A DNA stretch of 64,000 nt from Actinomycetes bacterium (GCA_021155985.1 JAJNBA010000012.1:947-64946); one strand, 5' to 3'; positions 16,960 to 26,696 are shown, counted from the first letter of the stretch. Notes: generated from the letters alone by a model not told the origin. Translations and numbers: made by a program.

Positions 16960-18240
16960 CTACCCGGTCAGGACGGCGTCGGAGCTCAGGTCGACGGTGG
17001 CGGCCGCGTCCTCGACGGTGGCGAGACTCTCCTTGGCCTTGGCCTCAGCCGAGGCGACGCCGTCCTCGATCGCAGTGGCGCCGTCCTCGACGATAGCGGC
17101 GGATCCGTCCTCGATCGCGGCGGATCCGTCCTTGGGACCGGCGCCCCCTCCGTTGTCGGTACCCGGCGAGGGTTCCGGCACCGTCCCTGGGTCGGTCTTC
17201 TGCTCCAGGGTCGTCACCGAGACGACGGCGGACGGTGGAGAATCGCCGCCCGCGTTCGTCGCGACGACCCGGTAGTTGTAGACGGTCTCCGGGAGCAGCG
17301 CCGTATCCGTGTAGGCGGTGACGTCCATGCCCGTCGTGCCGATCACGGTCCAACCGATCGAGTCCTCCGTCGAGCGCTCGATCCGGTAGCCCGTCTCGCT
17401 CGCGCCGTCGGCCCAGGACAGGTCCACCGTCGTGGAGGCCGCGACCGCCACCACGGATGGAGCCCCCGGCGGCGCCACCGAGGTCGTGGCCGAAACGATG
17501 TCGGACGCGACCGCCGCCCCCGAGTTCGTGATCGCGGACACCCGATACCAATACGTCGTCGCGGGCTCGAGGTCTCGATCCGTGTAGGCGGTGACATCGC
17601 CGGTTGTCTCCCCGACGACCACCCACCGATCCACGTTGGCCGGCGGCTCGTCCGCGCGTCCGATGGAGTACGCCGTGGCGGCTGGCACCCCGCGCCACTC
17701 GATGTGGATCGCCGTCGATGAGTGTGACTCGGCAGCAACCGCTTCGGGGACATCCCCGTTCGTGGTGGTGATGGGAGGGGCCGAGCCCGGATCCGGCGAG
17801 GTCGCGACCGAGGGGTCCGCCACGGCCCCCGCCGGGTTGGACGATCGCGTCGGTCCCGTGCCGAGCGAGGGGTCATCCTGAGCGAGCGACGGGGAATCCG
17901 ACTCGCGGGCCGAGATGACCGAGTTGCCTCCCGGGGTGGGGGTGGTGAAGACGGCCACAGCCACGAAGGCGGCCGAGAGGGCGACGCCGATCGACCCCTT
18001 CCGGAGTCGTCTCGGAGAGAATCCGACGGGGCGATCCACGGCCGGAGGGCCCTCGAACCCGTGTGCTGGGTGCGCGCGCGCCCCGGCAGGGACCGTCGTG
18101 AACTCACGCCAGAGCTCGTCCAGCTCTCGGATCTCTCGGTTGAGTCGATATTGGGTGAGGAGCTCGAGACCGGCGAACCACCCCAGCACGAGGAAGTTCA
18201 GGCCGAACACGGCCGCCAACACCCATACGAGGACATCCAT
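16960..18240 (-). CDS. membrane-anchored protein with two fibronectin type III domains
   Basis: N-terminal helix is VLVWVLAAVFGLNFLVLGWFAG. FN3-like segments are AIHIEWRGVPAATAYSI...TTYWYRVSAI and VDLSWADGASETGYRIERS...TVYNYRVVATN. Confidence 0.8.
   Translation of the reverse strand: MDVLVWVLAAVFGLNFLVLGWFAGLELLTQYRLNREIRELDELWREFTTVPAGARAHPAHGFEGPPAVDRPVGFSPRRLRKGSIGVALSAAFVAVAVFTTPTPGGNSVISARESDSPSLAQDDPSLGTGPTRSSNPAGAVADPSVATSPDPGSAPPITTTNGDVPEAVAAESHSSTAIHIEWRGVPAATAYSIGRADEPPANVDRWVVVGETTGDVTAYTDRDLEPATTYWYRVSAITNSGAAVASDIVSATTSVAPPGAPSVVAVAASTTVDLSWADGASETGYRIERSTEDSIGWTVIGTTGMDVTAYTDTALLPETVYNYRVVATNAGGDSPPSAVVSVTTLEQKTDPGTVPEPSPGTDNGGGAGPKDGSAAIEDGSAAIVEDGATAIEDGVASAEAKAKESLATVEDAAATVDLSSDAVLTG
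17051..17137 (-). repeat. four tandem 21-24-nt repeats in the 3' end of the FN3 gene
   Basis: The units are GCGGCGGATCCGTCCTCGATC twice, plus two degenerate copies. They encode DGSAAIE / DGSAAIVE / DGATAIE / DGVASAE. Confidence 0.6.
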
Positions 18241-18426
18241 GGGAGCCTTACCCTACGCCCCCAAGGGCCCTGGGGTCCATCCCGGCCCTATCCCCCACAG
18301 GGCTTCTCGAGACCAGTGCATCATCGCCCGAGCCCCCCGATCCCGTCATGCTCCTTGCCGCGCACTGGCTCGCAGCCTGCTCGAGTAGCCGAACGGGCCT
18401 CCGAACGTCCTGGCGCGACCTGGCCA

Positions 18427-19554
18427 CTACTCCGCCGCGATCCGCTCGGCCGCGCGCATGACCCGCAACACGTTGCGCCCGGCGACCTTCGCGAGGGCCT
18501 CCTCGTCGTAGCCGCGGTCGGCGAGCTCGGCGAAGAGGGCGGGATACGTCGAGACGTCCTCGAGGCCGTCGGGCATCCCCGGAAGTCCGTCGAAGTCGCT
18601 CCCCACGCCCACATGATCGATGCCGGCCACGGAGCGGATGTGGTCGATGTGATCGGCCACGTCACGGACCGAGCTCGGCGGCGCCGGCTCGGTCTCCTCC
18701 ATCTCCTCCACGGCGGCTCGGACCGTGTCGGGGTCGTCGGGATGCTCCTCCTTCAGCCTACGGATCTGCCGCCACTCGGCCTCGTTGGCCTCCGCGCCCT
18801 CGGCGTTGAGGAACCAGGGCACGAAGGTGGCACACATGACGCCGTCCGTACGACCCACCAGCTCGATCACGTCGTCGGGCACGTTGCGCGGCACGTCGCA
18901 GAGCGCGCGAGCGTTCGAGTGCGAGAAGAAGACGGGGGCACGCGAGACCTCGATCGCCTGCCGCATCGTGTCCTCGGACGTGTGGGAGAGATCGACGAGC
19001 ATCCCGAGTCGGTTCAGCTCCCGCACCACCTGTTCGCCGAACGTCGTGAGCCCGCCGTGTGCCCGCTCGCCTGTCCCCGAGTCCGCCCACGGCGTGTCGT
19101 CGTTGTGGGTGAGGGTGAGGTAGCCCGCGCCGAGGCCGGAGAGGATCCGCAGGGCCCCGAGCGACGAGCCGATCGACTGCCCGCCCTCGACGCCGATCAT
19201 CGACGCCACCCTGCCGGCCGCCGCGATCCGCTGGACGTCATCGGCCGTGCGGGCGAGCTCGAGGCGATCGGGATGCGACCGCACGAGCGCGAACAGCGCG
19301 TCGATCTGCTCGAGCGTCATCGTCACGGCCGCGTGGGGGTCGGCCAGGTCGGAGGGTACGTAGACCGACCAGAACTGTCCGCGGACGCCTCCTCGCTCGA
19401 GGCGCGGGAGATCCGTATGGAGGCTCGGGGCGGACGCACCGACGTCGTGCGACTCGCCTTTATCCGCCGCCTTCCGAAGGGCCCACACGAGGTCGTTGTG
19501 CCCGTCGATCAGCGGCGCGGATCGGAGCAGCTCGACGATCCGGTCCGATGCCAT
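18427..19554 (-). CDS. membrane (renal-type) dipeptidase, peptidase family M19
   Basis: LIDGHNDLVWALRK...MIGVEGGQSIG...LTLTHNDDTPWADS...VDLSHTSEDT...FSHSNARALCDVPRNVPDD. I prefer ATG 19554 (MASDRIVELL) as the start. Confidence 0.85.
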   Translation of the reverse strand: MASDRIVELLRSAPLIDGHNDLVWALRKAADKGESHDVGASAPSLHTDLPRLERGGVRGQFWSVYVPSDLADPHAAVTMTLEQIDALFALVRSHPDRLELARTADDVQRIAAAGRVASMIGVEGGQSIGSSLGALRILSGLGAGYLTLTHNDDTPWADSGTGERAHGGLTTFGEQVVRELNRLGMLVDLSHTSEDTMRQAIEVSRAPVFFSHSNARALCDVPRNVPDDVIELVGRTDGVMCATFVPWFLNAEGAEANEAEWRQIRRLKEEHPDDPDTVRAAVEEMEETEPAPPSSVRDVADHIDHIRSVAGIDHVGVGSDFDGLPGMPDGLEDVSTYPALFAELADRGYDEEALAKVAGRNVLRVMRAAERIAAE

Positions 19555-19706
19555 CCGCGGATGGTAACGACCGGCTTGCCGGAGCCGCGGCCGATCGACG
19601 AAGAGCCGTGCTAAGAGATCGCGCCGGAGCGCCACGCCGAGCCGTGCGAGGCGTTCGCCGCGGCCGTCGATTGCTGAGGCGCTCGTCGACGCGCCATGCT
19701 GGGCAC

Positions 19707-20126
19707 GTGGCCGACTGGAACAAGGGCATCATCGAGGAGTTCCGCGCCAACGAGGGGAGGGTGGGCGGCTCCTTCGACGGCGCGACGGTCCTTCTGCTCC
19801 ACACGATCGGTCGCCGCACCGGGAAGGATCACGTCACGCCCCTGGTGTATCTCCCCGATGGCGATCGCTGGGCGGTGGTCGGTTCCAAGGGCGGAGCGCC
19901 CGCGGACCCCGACTGGGTGCGCAACCTCGAGGCGAACGGCGAGGCGACGATCGAGGTGGGCACCGAGACGATCCCGGTGCGTGCCACGCGGATCCTCCGA
20001 GGCGGGTCGGAGTGGGACGACCTCTACGCACGGCAGGTCGCTCGCCGACCGGGCTTCGCCGACTATCTCGAGAAGACGGCGGGCATCCGGACGATCCCCG
20101 TGATCGTCCTGGAGCGCCGCGCCTAG
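19707..20126 (+). CDS. deazaflavin (F420)-dependent nitroreductase-family oxidoreductase (DDN/DUF385-like)
   Basis: VADWNKGIIEEFRANEGRVGGSFDGATVLLLHTIGRRTGKDHVTPLVYL...GAPADPDWVRNLEANGEATIEVG. The start is GTG 19707. Confidence 0.8.
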   Translation: MADWNKGIIEEFRANEGRVGGSFDGATVLLLHTIGRRTGKDHVTPLVYLPDGDRWAVVGSKGGAPADPDWVRNLEANGEATIEVGTETIPVRATRILRGGSEWDDLYARQVARRPGFADYLEKTAGIRTIPVIVLERRA

Positions 20127-20158
20127 GAGTCCCTCTCCCTGGAAGCCCTGGCGCCGCC

Positions 20159-20428
20159 CTAGAAGTCTCGGCGCCCCTCGAAGTGCCCCGCGACCTCGGG
20201 CCGCGTGAGCTGATACAGGGCGACGCGATGCCCACCCGGTCCCTCGAACGAACAGATCGGTCCATGCGGGATCTCGAATCGGTGCTCCCGACGCCAGCCC
20301 CGACCTTCGGAGGGTCCCGAGCGCTGCGTCCAGATCGGACCTCTTCGAACCACCGAAGCTCCTCGGAGACGTCGCGGCTCGGGACGTAGAGGAAGTCGAG
20401 GGAGCCGAACGGCGCGCCGCGTCGGGCA
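20159..20428 (-). pseudogene. degraded glyoxalase/VOC-family remnant
   Basis: Three frames carry pieces: PFGSLDFLYVPSRDVSEELRWFEE, then DLDAALGTL, then EGRGWRREHRFEIPHGPICSFEGPGGHRVALYQLTRPE. There is no start codon after the bcp stop, and the total length is too short for a VOC domain. Confidence 0.4.
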
Positions 20429-20893
20429 CTACGCGGCGATCGCGGCGATCGCGTTCGGAACGGTGTCCTCCGGCGTCACCGGCGACCACACCTGCGCGAT
20501 CCGGCCCTCCTCGTCCACCAGGAAGGAGGAGCGCAGGATGCCCATGTACGTGTGGCCCCCGCGGTGCTTCTCGACCCACGTGCCCCAGGCCGTCGCCACC
20601 TCGTGTTCCTCGTCGGCGAGCAAGGGGAACCCGAGGTGGTACTTCTCGTCGAACCTGAGCTGCTTCTTCGGATCGTCCGGGGAGATCCCCACGACGTCGA
20701 GACCCATGCCGGCGAGCTCTCGCCGATGGTCGCGGAGATCGCACGACTGGACGGTGCACCCGGTCGTGTCCGCCTCCGGGTAGAAGTACACGAGCAGCTT
20801 CTTGCCGCGGTAGTCCTCGAGTCGCACCATCTCACCGTGCTGCTCGAGGAGCGCGAACCCGGGTGCGGGGTCGCCCACCTTGAGGGTCGTCAT
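20429..20893 (-). CDS. bcp: thiol peroxidase Bcp (peroxiredoxin)
   Basis: MTTLKVGDPAPGFAL...GKKLLVYFYPEADTTGCTVQSC. It is the C-terminal 154 aa of ORF 20429..21406. Confidence 0.9.
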   Translation of the reverse strand: MTTLKVGDPAPGFALLEQHGEMVRLEDYRGKKLLVYFYPEADTTGCTVQSCDLRDHRRELAGMGLDVVGISPDDPKKQLRFDEKYHLGFPLLADEEHEVATAWGTWVEKHRGGHTYMGILRSSFLVDEEGRIAQVWSPVTPEDTVPNAIAAIAA

Positions 20894-20942
20894 GTCCGTC
20901 ACTCTAGGGGCGAACCGGTCCAACGACTCCGCTAGGCTCCTC

Positions 20943-21599
20943 GTGGTGCACGCCAGGGGTCGGTGGTGGTTCGGGCTCACCGCTCTCGCGGTCCTCACGG
21001 GACTGGTCGTCCAGGTCCTCGTCACCGCCGACCGCGGATCGGGGTTCTTCGACACCCACACGGAGCGCGCCCTCAACGTGTTCGCGTTCTTCACGATCCA
21101 GTCGAACATCATCGTCGGCATCACGAGCCTCCTGCTCGCGCTCCGCACAGATCGAACGTCGATCGTGTTCCGGGTCGCCCGGCTCACGGGCATCGTCGCG
21201 ATCGCCATCACGTTCGTCGTCTTCCACGTCGCGATCGCGCACCTGTTCGAGTTCGCGAGCTGGTCGCTCGTCGCCGACCGGATCCTCCACGCGATCGTGC
21301 CCATCCTCGCGGTCGTCGGGTGGCTGATGTACGGGCCGCGCGGCCTTGCGCCGCGGGGGGTGATGTGGCTCTCGCTCGCGTTCCCGGTCACCTGGTGCAT
21401 CGTCACCTTGATCCGGGGCGAGCTCGTCGGCTGGTACCCCTACCACTTCATCGACGTCGGGGTGCTCGGCTACGCCAAGGTGGTCGTCAACTGCCTCTGG
21501 GTCGCGGCGCTGTACCTGGGCGTCGCCGCAGGGCTCAGCACGTTCGATGGATGGCTCGCGCGCTTCGCCGCTCGAGCGGACGAGCCGGCCCCCGGCTGA
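20943..21599 (+). CDS. multi-pass membrane protein, Pr6Pr-family-like
   Basis: ORF 20880..21599. Six hydrophobic segments are present (WWFGLTALAVLTGLVVQVLV, NVFAFFTIQSNIIVGI, ...). The start is uncertain: GTG 20943/20946, ATG 20892 or TTG 20880. Confidence 0.6.
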   Translation: MVHARGRWWFGLTALAVLTGLVVQVLVTADRGSGFFDTHTERALNVFAFFTIQSNIIVGITSLLLALRTDRTSIVFRVARLTGIVAIAITFVVFHVAIAHLFEFASWSLVADRILHAIVPILAVVGWLMYGPRGLAPRGVMWLSLAFPVTWCIVTLIRGELVGWYPYHFIDVGVLGYAKVVVNCLWVAALYLGVAAGLSTFDGWLARFAARADEPAPG

Positions 21600-21615
21600 C
21601 GAGAGCGTCGGTCCG

Positions 21616-22251
21616 CTAGCGGAGGGCCGGGTTCAGCGAGTAGGTCGGGACGATCGTGCCCCGGTCGAGCACGTGTCCGTCGATCGCGGCCCGGAACTCC
21701 TCGAGCGTGAACCCGGACCCCAGGCCGAGCGAGTCGACATCGATCGCGTAGACGGTCGTCTCGTAATGATGGACGACCTCGTCGTTCCACGGGGGGTACG
21801 GCCCGTCCCACCCGCCGTAGGTTCCCTCGAGGTCGGCGTCGCCTTCGAAGAGTCCCCGGTACCCGTTCTGCCCCGTGACCGCCCCGAGCGCGGGCGGCTC
21901 GGGCGGCTTGCCGTGGGCGACGAAGCCGTCGCCACCGGCACCCTCGGCCAGCTCGTGCACGCTCGGCGGGATGTCGGCCACGAGCCAGTGCGCGAAGTCG
22001 ACGCGCGGCTCCTCGGCGCCGAGCGAGAGCCCCTCGACGCCCATCCGCGTTCGGTCCGCGGGGACGTCGGGATCGATCACCGAGATCGCGAAGGAACGCG
22101 TCGCCTCGGGCTCGCCCGACCATCGGAGATGCGGGCTCAGGTCGCGGCCGGCCATCTCGGCCTTGCCGTCGGCGGTCGGCGTGGCGACCGCATGGATCTC
22201 CGCGATCGACTGGCCGTCCGCGACGCTCGTGCTCTCGACCCGAAGCGCCAT
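21616..22251 (-). CDS. YbhB/YbcL-family PEBP (Raf kinase inhibitor-like) protein
   Basis: MALRVESTSVADGQSI...SPHLRWSGEPEATRSFAISVIDPDVP...FAHWLVADIP...YGGWDGPYPP. It is the C-terminal 211 aa of ORF 21616..22938. Confidence 0.85.
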   Translation of the reverse strand: MALRVESTSVADGQSIAEIHAVATPTADGKAEMAGRDLSPHLRWSGEPEATRSFAISVIDPDVPADRTRMGVEGLSLGAEEPRVDFAHWLVADIPPSVHELAEGAGGDGFVAHGKPPEPPALGAVTGQNGYRGLFEGDADLEGTYGGWDGPYPPWNDEVVHHYETTVYAIDVDSLGLGSGFTLEEFRAAIDGHVLDRGTIVPTYSLNPALR

Positions 22252-22334
22252 CGAGTGCCTCCCCCCGTGTGTCGTTGGGGAGAAGGCTCGCACCCGCGTG
22301 CGCTTGCCGACAACCTGCCCTCGACGAGCCGGCG

Positions 22335-23393
22335 TCAGTCGGTGGCGAAGAGCTCGGCGACGTGCGCGACCTCGTCGTCGAGCGCACCGCGGGCCTGGCT
22401 GGACAGGCGCTCGAACGGCTCCGTCACGATCCGCCCGTGCTCGTGACGCCAGCTCCCGGCCACCTGCCCGTCCACGAGGAACGTGTGGATCGAGTGGGGG
22501 GTCTTCGTGTTGAAGACGCGCGCTCGGTAGCGTTCGGGGAGGATCTGGGTTCGTCGCGCGTGCGTCAGGAGGGTCGCGTCCCATGCGGGGAGGAGCCGGA
22601 TCGGCGCCGGGGTCTCGGGCTCGGGCAGCGGTGCCCTGCGGACGTCGAGCAGCTCCTTGCCCCTTTCGTCGACGAAGCGGCGGAGCGGGATCTGCTCGAT
22701 CGCGGTGGAGAGTGTGCGTGCCGGGATCCCCGTGAAGCCGACGACGTCCGCGCGGGAGGCCGGCCCGAAGGCGGCGAGGTACCGGCGCACCAGATGCTCG
22801 GTCCCCTCCTGCGCGGTCACGTCCGGCGGTTCGCCGAGCCAGTCGGACGCCAGCCCGTAGAGATCGGCGCGCGGCTGCTCCCAGGTGCCGAACGGTGGGA
22901 CCCGTACGAGGTCGAGCCAGAGGCCGACGCCGTTCCACGTGGGGTTATCGAGCCCGAGGGTCGAGACGATCTCGGCGCGACGCTTGGGCCCGTCGGCCAG
23001 GAACCGCGCGGTCTTCTGGGCCGCGGTGGCCGCCTCCCTCGCCGGCCGGCGGAAGCCCCGGATCCACCCCTCCCGGCGATGCTCCCGGACGGCGGCCGAG
23101 AACAGCCAGAAGTCGCTCCTCGATGCCATGTGGATCGTCGTTCGCATCATCCACGCTTGGACGACGGCCTTCCGGTGCAGCGCTCGGGTGAGATCGTCTC
23201 GCCGGAAGCCTTCGTGGCGGGTCCGCAGGGCGATGTAGCCGGCGGGGGCGTACTGGGTCTGGAGGCCGCCGACCCGCTCGATCGTCCTCGGAAGACTCGT
23301 CGTCGACCGCTCCAACAGGTGCTGTCGAGCCAGGAGGGCCCTGTTGAGCTCTCGCGTGGAGAGGGTCCGGGCCGGTTCCGGGTCTCCGCTCAC
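22335..23393 (-). CDS. winged-helix DNA-binding protein, AlkZ-like (HTH_42) putative DNA glycosylase
   Basis: LNRALLARQHLLERS...VGGLQTQYAPAGYIALRTR...VVQAWMMRTTIHM...LVRRYLAAFGPAS..DV..F. Confidence 0.75.
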   Translation of the reverse strand: MSGDPEPARTLSTRELNRALLARQHLLERSTTSLPRTIERVGGLQTQYAPAGYIALRTRHEGFRRDDLTRALHRKAVVQAWMMRTTIHMASRSDFWLFSAAVREHRREGWIRGFRRPAREAATAAQKTARFLADGPKRRAEIVSTLGLDNPTWNGVGLWLDLVRVPPFGTWEQPRADLYGLASDWLGEPPDVTAQEGTEHLVRRYLAAFGPASRADVVGFTGIPARTLSTAIEQIPLRRFVDERGKELLDVRRAPLPEPETPAPIRLLPAWDATLLTHARRTQILPERYRARVFNTKTPHSIHTFLVDGQVAGSWRHEHGRIVTEPFERLSSQARGALDDEVAHVAELFATD

Positions 23394-23534
23394 CGGGAGG
23401 AGCCTAGCCCGGCGTCCGCACGCGATTGTCGCTGCGCCAGGCCGTCGCTAGGGTCCCGGTCGAGACCTGTCGGGTGCGTGACCACGGAACGACCCGGCGT
23501 TGTGATCCGAAGCAGGGCCACGAGGGAGACACCG

Positions 23535-23858
23535 ATGCCACTCGAGATCACGGCGACCGACGAGGGCTACCGCCTCGAAGGGGAGCTCGACATGGCAACC
23601 GTCGACGGGTTGAGCGAACTGCTCCGCGCGGCGGCCAAGGGCGACGATCCCATCGTGCTCGACTTCTCCGGGGTGCTGTTCATGGACAGCAGCGGGCTCC
23701 GAGTGCTCCTCGAGGGGGCGCGCTCGGACGATTGTGGCCCGGTCGTGATCAAGGATCCATCCGATCAGGTCCGCCGACTCCTCGAGATCAGCATCCCGGA
23801 CGGGGTCCCGGGCTTGCGGGTGCGATCGACTCCGATACCACCCGCTCCCGCGGCCTAG
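23535..23858 (+). CDS. STAS-domain anti-sigma-factor antagonist
   Basis: MPLEITATDEGYRLEGELDMATVDGLSELL...IVLDFSGVLFMDSSGLRVLLEG. It is the tail of ORF 22269..23858. Confidence 0.8.
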   Translation: MPLEITATDEGYRLEGELDMATVDGLSELLRAAAKGDDPIVLDFSGVLFMDSSGLRVLLEGARSDDCGPVVIKDPSDQVRRLLEISIPDGVPGLRVRSTPIPPAPAA

Positions 23859-24862
23859 CCCGTCGGCTCCCGCTCTCCGGGGGTCGACTCCACCACGTGG
23901 TCCGGCGTGTGGTGGATCGCCGGCACGGTTCCCAGCCGCCCGGCCTGGTAGTCCTCGAACGCCTGGACGAGCTCATCACGCGTGTTCATCACGAACGGGC
24001 CGTACCACGCGACCGGCTCGCGGATCGGGCGGCCGCCGAGTACCAGCACCTCGAAGGCCGGTGATCGGCTCTCCTGCGAGGCGGCGGCCTCCAGTTCGAC
24101 CAGGTCTCCGGCGCCGAGTACGGCCAGCTGACCGCTGACGATCGGACGGCGATCCGGTCCGACCGTACCCGCGCCCGACAGCACGTAGGCGAGGGCGTTG
24201 AACGATGGGTTCCACGGGAGCTCGAGCCGCGAGCCGGGTGCGATCGTCGTGTGGACCATCGTCATGGGCGTGTAGGTCTGCCCGGGGCCGGTCCAGCCGG
24301 CGAGGTCGCCCGCGATCACGCGGACGAGCGCACCGGCGTCCGCCGACGCCAGCAATCCGACCTCACTCCCCCGGAGATCCTGGTACCGCGGAGGGGACCA
24401 CTTCTCGGCCTTGGGCAAGTTGACCCAGAGCTGGATCCCGTGGAACAGGCCTCCGCTGGCGACCAAGTGCTCCGGTGGCTTCTCGATGTGCAGGATCCCG
24501 GCGCCGGCCGTCATCCATTGGGTGTCGCCGTTCGTGATCACGCCGCCGCCGCCGTTCGAGTCCTGATGCTCGAAGATCCCGTCGAGCATGTAGGTGACGG
24601 TCTCGAAACCACGATGCGGGTGCCAGGGCGTGCCCTTCGGCTCGCCCGGCGCGTACTCGACCTCACCCATCTGGTCCATGTGGACGAAGGGATCGAGGTC
24701 GGTGAGCTCGACGCCGGCGAAGGCCCGGCGGACCGGGAACCCCTCGCCCTCGAAGCCCCCCGGGGCCGTCACGACGACGCGGACCGGGCGGACCACCGAC
24801 GATCCACGAGCCTCGGAGAGGCGCGGGAGCGCGGTGGGATCGTCGACGGTGATCGCGGGCAT
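23855..24862 (-). CDS. pirin-family protein
   Basis: HPHRGFETVTYMLDGIFEHQDSNG...MTAGAGILHIEKP...GIQLWVNLP. Confidence 0.9.
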   Translation of the reverse strand: MPAITVDDPTALPRLSEARGSSVVRPVRVVVTAPGGFEGEGFPVRRAFAGVELTDLDPFVHMDQMGEVEYAPGEPKGTPWHPHRGFETVTYMLDGIFEHQDSNGGGGVITNGDTQWMTAGAGILHIEKPPEHLVASGGLFHGIQLWVNLPKAEKWSPPRYQDLRGSEVGLLASADAGALVRVIAGDLAGWTGPGQTYTPMTMVHTTIAPGSRLELPWNPSFNALAYVLSGAGTVGPDRRPIVSGQLAVLGAGDLVELEAAASQESRSPAFEVLVLGGRPIREPVAWYGPFVMNTRDELVQAFEDYQAGRLGTVPAIHHTPDHVVESTPGEREPTG

Positions 24863-24954
24863 GTCTCTTCCCGAACCTCAGTTTCGGTGCGCGTATTCCG
24901 GTCCGGCCGGGTGCGTGCGCGCCGCGCCCGGACGGATCCGCCTGCCGGTGTCGG

Positions 24955-25158
24955 TCAGTCCGCGAGCCCGGGCGGAACGATCCCCAGCTGCGACTCGATC
25001 TCCTCGGGCGTGGCCACCGGCGGACCCGGCTCGATCAGACCGGCCTCTCGATCGCGGCGACGCTGCACGCGAGCCAACCGCCGCTCCTCCGCCGCCGCCG
25101 CCTTCTTCGCCTTCACGTCCTTGCGCTGTCGCTTCCCGAAGGTCTCCGGCATGGTCAT
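24955..25158 (-). CDS. small basic hypothetical protein (67 aa)
   Basis: MTMPETFGKRQRKDVKAKKAAAAEERRLARVQRRRDRE..., preceded by the RBS GGAGGAG. It is the tail of ORF 24955..25368. Confidence 0.5.
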   Translation of the reverse strand: MTMPETFGKRQRKDVKAKKAAAAEERRLARVQRRRDREAGLIEPGPPVATPEEIESQLGIVPPGLAD

Positions 25159-25379
25159 CTCCTCCGTCTCGTTCGATGCCGCCGCCCGGCGCACGTGGCG
25201 ATGCCCGCGCTGAGCCGTGTGCCGGGCGATCCGTCGGTGGCCGCGTTCCGTTCCACGCGCCGACCGATATCCATCAGGATACCTGCACGCCGTGCGTTCT
25301 CCCGCGCCCGCCGCTCGGGAGACGCTCCCGGCCAACTCGAGCGTTTCCCTCACCCGGCCCCTGGGCAAGGTGTTCTCGC

Positions 25380-26021
25380 ATGCTCGGATCGATCGAATCG
25401 CGGCTGCCGCAACGGTCCGTCGTCGCGATCGACCTGCTCGTGCTCCTGTGGACGGTGGTCTGGCTCGTGCTCGGGATCACGGTGGGCACGTTCGTCGAAC
25501 GGCTCGGCGCCGTCGGCGAGAGCGTGGAAGGAGCCGGTCACGCGATCCATCGGGCGGGCGACGCCGTCGGTCGCCTCTCCGAGGTGCCACTCGTCGGCGA
25601 GGGATTCGACGCCGTCGCGGACGAGATCCGCACCATCGGGAACGAGACGGTCCAGAACGGCAGATCCGTCGAGCAGGACATCGACACGCTCGCGCTGCTG
25701 ATCGGGGTCGGGCTGGCCGCGGGACCGACGCTTCCGGTGCTCGCGGCGTGGATCCCCCCGCGCGTGTCCCGCGAACGGGAGCGCCGCGCGCTGCGGAGAT
25801 CCTTGAAGAGCGGCGACGGCGTTGCGCTCGCCTACCTCGCCAACCGCGCGGTGGCCGGCCGATTGTTCCGCGAGCTCCGCACGGCGAGCGAGGATCCCGT
25901 CGCCGACCTGGCGGCGGGCCGGTACGAGGCGCTCGCGAGGCTCGAGCTCGAGCACCTCGCCCTGGCGTCGACGTCGTGGCTCCCCCGTCCCGCGCGCGGA
26001 GAGCGCTCACGCCTCGGCTGA
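25380..26021 (+). CDS. hypothetical membrane protein
   Basis: MLGSIESRLPQRSVVAIDLLVLLWTVVWLVLGITVG... with a second helix LALLIGVGLAAGPTLPVLAAW. It is the in-frame tail of ORF 24594..26021. Confidence 0.6.
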   Translation: MLGSIESRLPQRSVVAIDLLVLLWTVVWLVLGITVGTFVERLGAVGESVEGAGHAIHRAGDAVGRLSEVPLVGEGFDAVADEIRTIGNETVQNGRSVEQDIDTLALLIGVGLAAGPTLPVLAAWIPPRVSRERERRALRRSLKSGDGVALAYLANRAVAGRLFRELRTASEDPVADLAAGRYEALARLELEHLALASTSWLPRPARGERSRLG

Positions 26022-26687
26022 CGAGCGATCTTCGATCTCCCACGCGTGGTCGAGGACGTGCCATGCGTCGCGGCGCACGAAGTACCTCGCGGACCACCTC
26101 GCGCCGCCGCGGGGGCCCTTCTCGGGGATGCCGTCGACGACCGCACGTTCGAGCGCCTCGAGGACGGCGGCTCTGACCGGGTCCCGCGCGGCCGACGCGT
26201 CGTCCTCCGCGAAGGCCGGTGGCTTCCCGGCGATCATGCGCAGGTAGCCCCCTTCGGCGCCGACGACGTGACCGACGATCGCGTCGACCTCGCGGCCGCC
26301 GCCGCGCGGCCCCTTGCGGAGCTCGCCCGTCACCCCGGCGACGGCCCGATCGAAGGACCCCCAGCACGCCCGGAGGATCTCCTCGATCCGCGTGAGCCAG
26401 CGTCGATCGATCGAGGTGGCGTCCGCCTCCGGCGCGATCGACGGGGCGCCGAAGTCGGTGGTGGCGTCGCCCTCCATCCGCTCCACGACCGAGAGCGTCG
26501 AGAGACGCGCCGGTGCCGTGAAACGGACGCCCGATCCCTTCAGGACGCGCTCATAGCGCGGGCCGTAGCCGAAGAGTGTCTCGAGGGCGGCCTCCTCGTC
26601 CTTGCCGGAGCGGCACCATCCCGGCCAGTCGATGGCCCCCGCGAACGCGCGCTTCCCGGTGGCCTCGACGGAGACCTCGACAGGCAT
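26007..26687 (-). CDS. hypothetical protein, possibly DinB-like helical bundle
   Basis: ORF 26007..26687 has normal composition. The C-terminus ARYFVRRDAWHVLDHAWEIEDR is reminiscent of DinB-family proteins, but the call is weak. Confidence 0.55.
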   Translation of the reverse strand: MPVEVSVEATGKRAFAGAIDWPGWCRSGKDEEAALETLFGYGPRYERVLKGSGVRFTAPARLSTLSVVERMEGDATTDFGAPSIAPEADATSIDRRWLTRIEEILRACWGSFDRAVAGVTGELRKGPRGGGREVDAIVGHVVGAEGGYLRMIAGKPPAFAEDDASAARDPVRAAVLEALERAVVDGIPEKGPRGGARWSARYFVRRDAWHVLDHAWEIEDRSSAEA

Positions 26688-26696
26688 CCGGCGAGG

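Noticed and set aside
20880-20894. The bcp start codon (CAT 20891..20893) and an ATG at 20892 of the divergent membrane-protein ORF overlap in a CATG palindrome.
   Set aside because: It is probably coincidental. The membrane protein more likely starts at GTG 20943/20946, just before its first hydrophobic helix, so no true start-codon sharing need exist.
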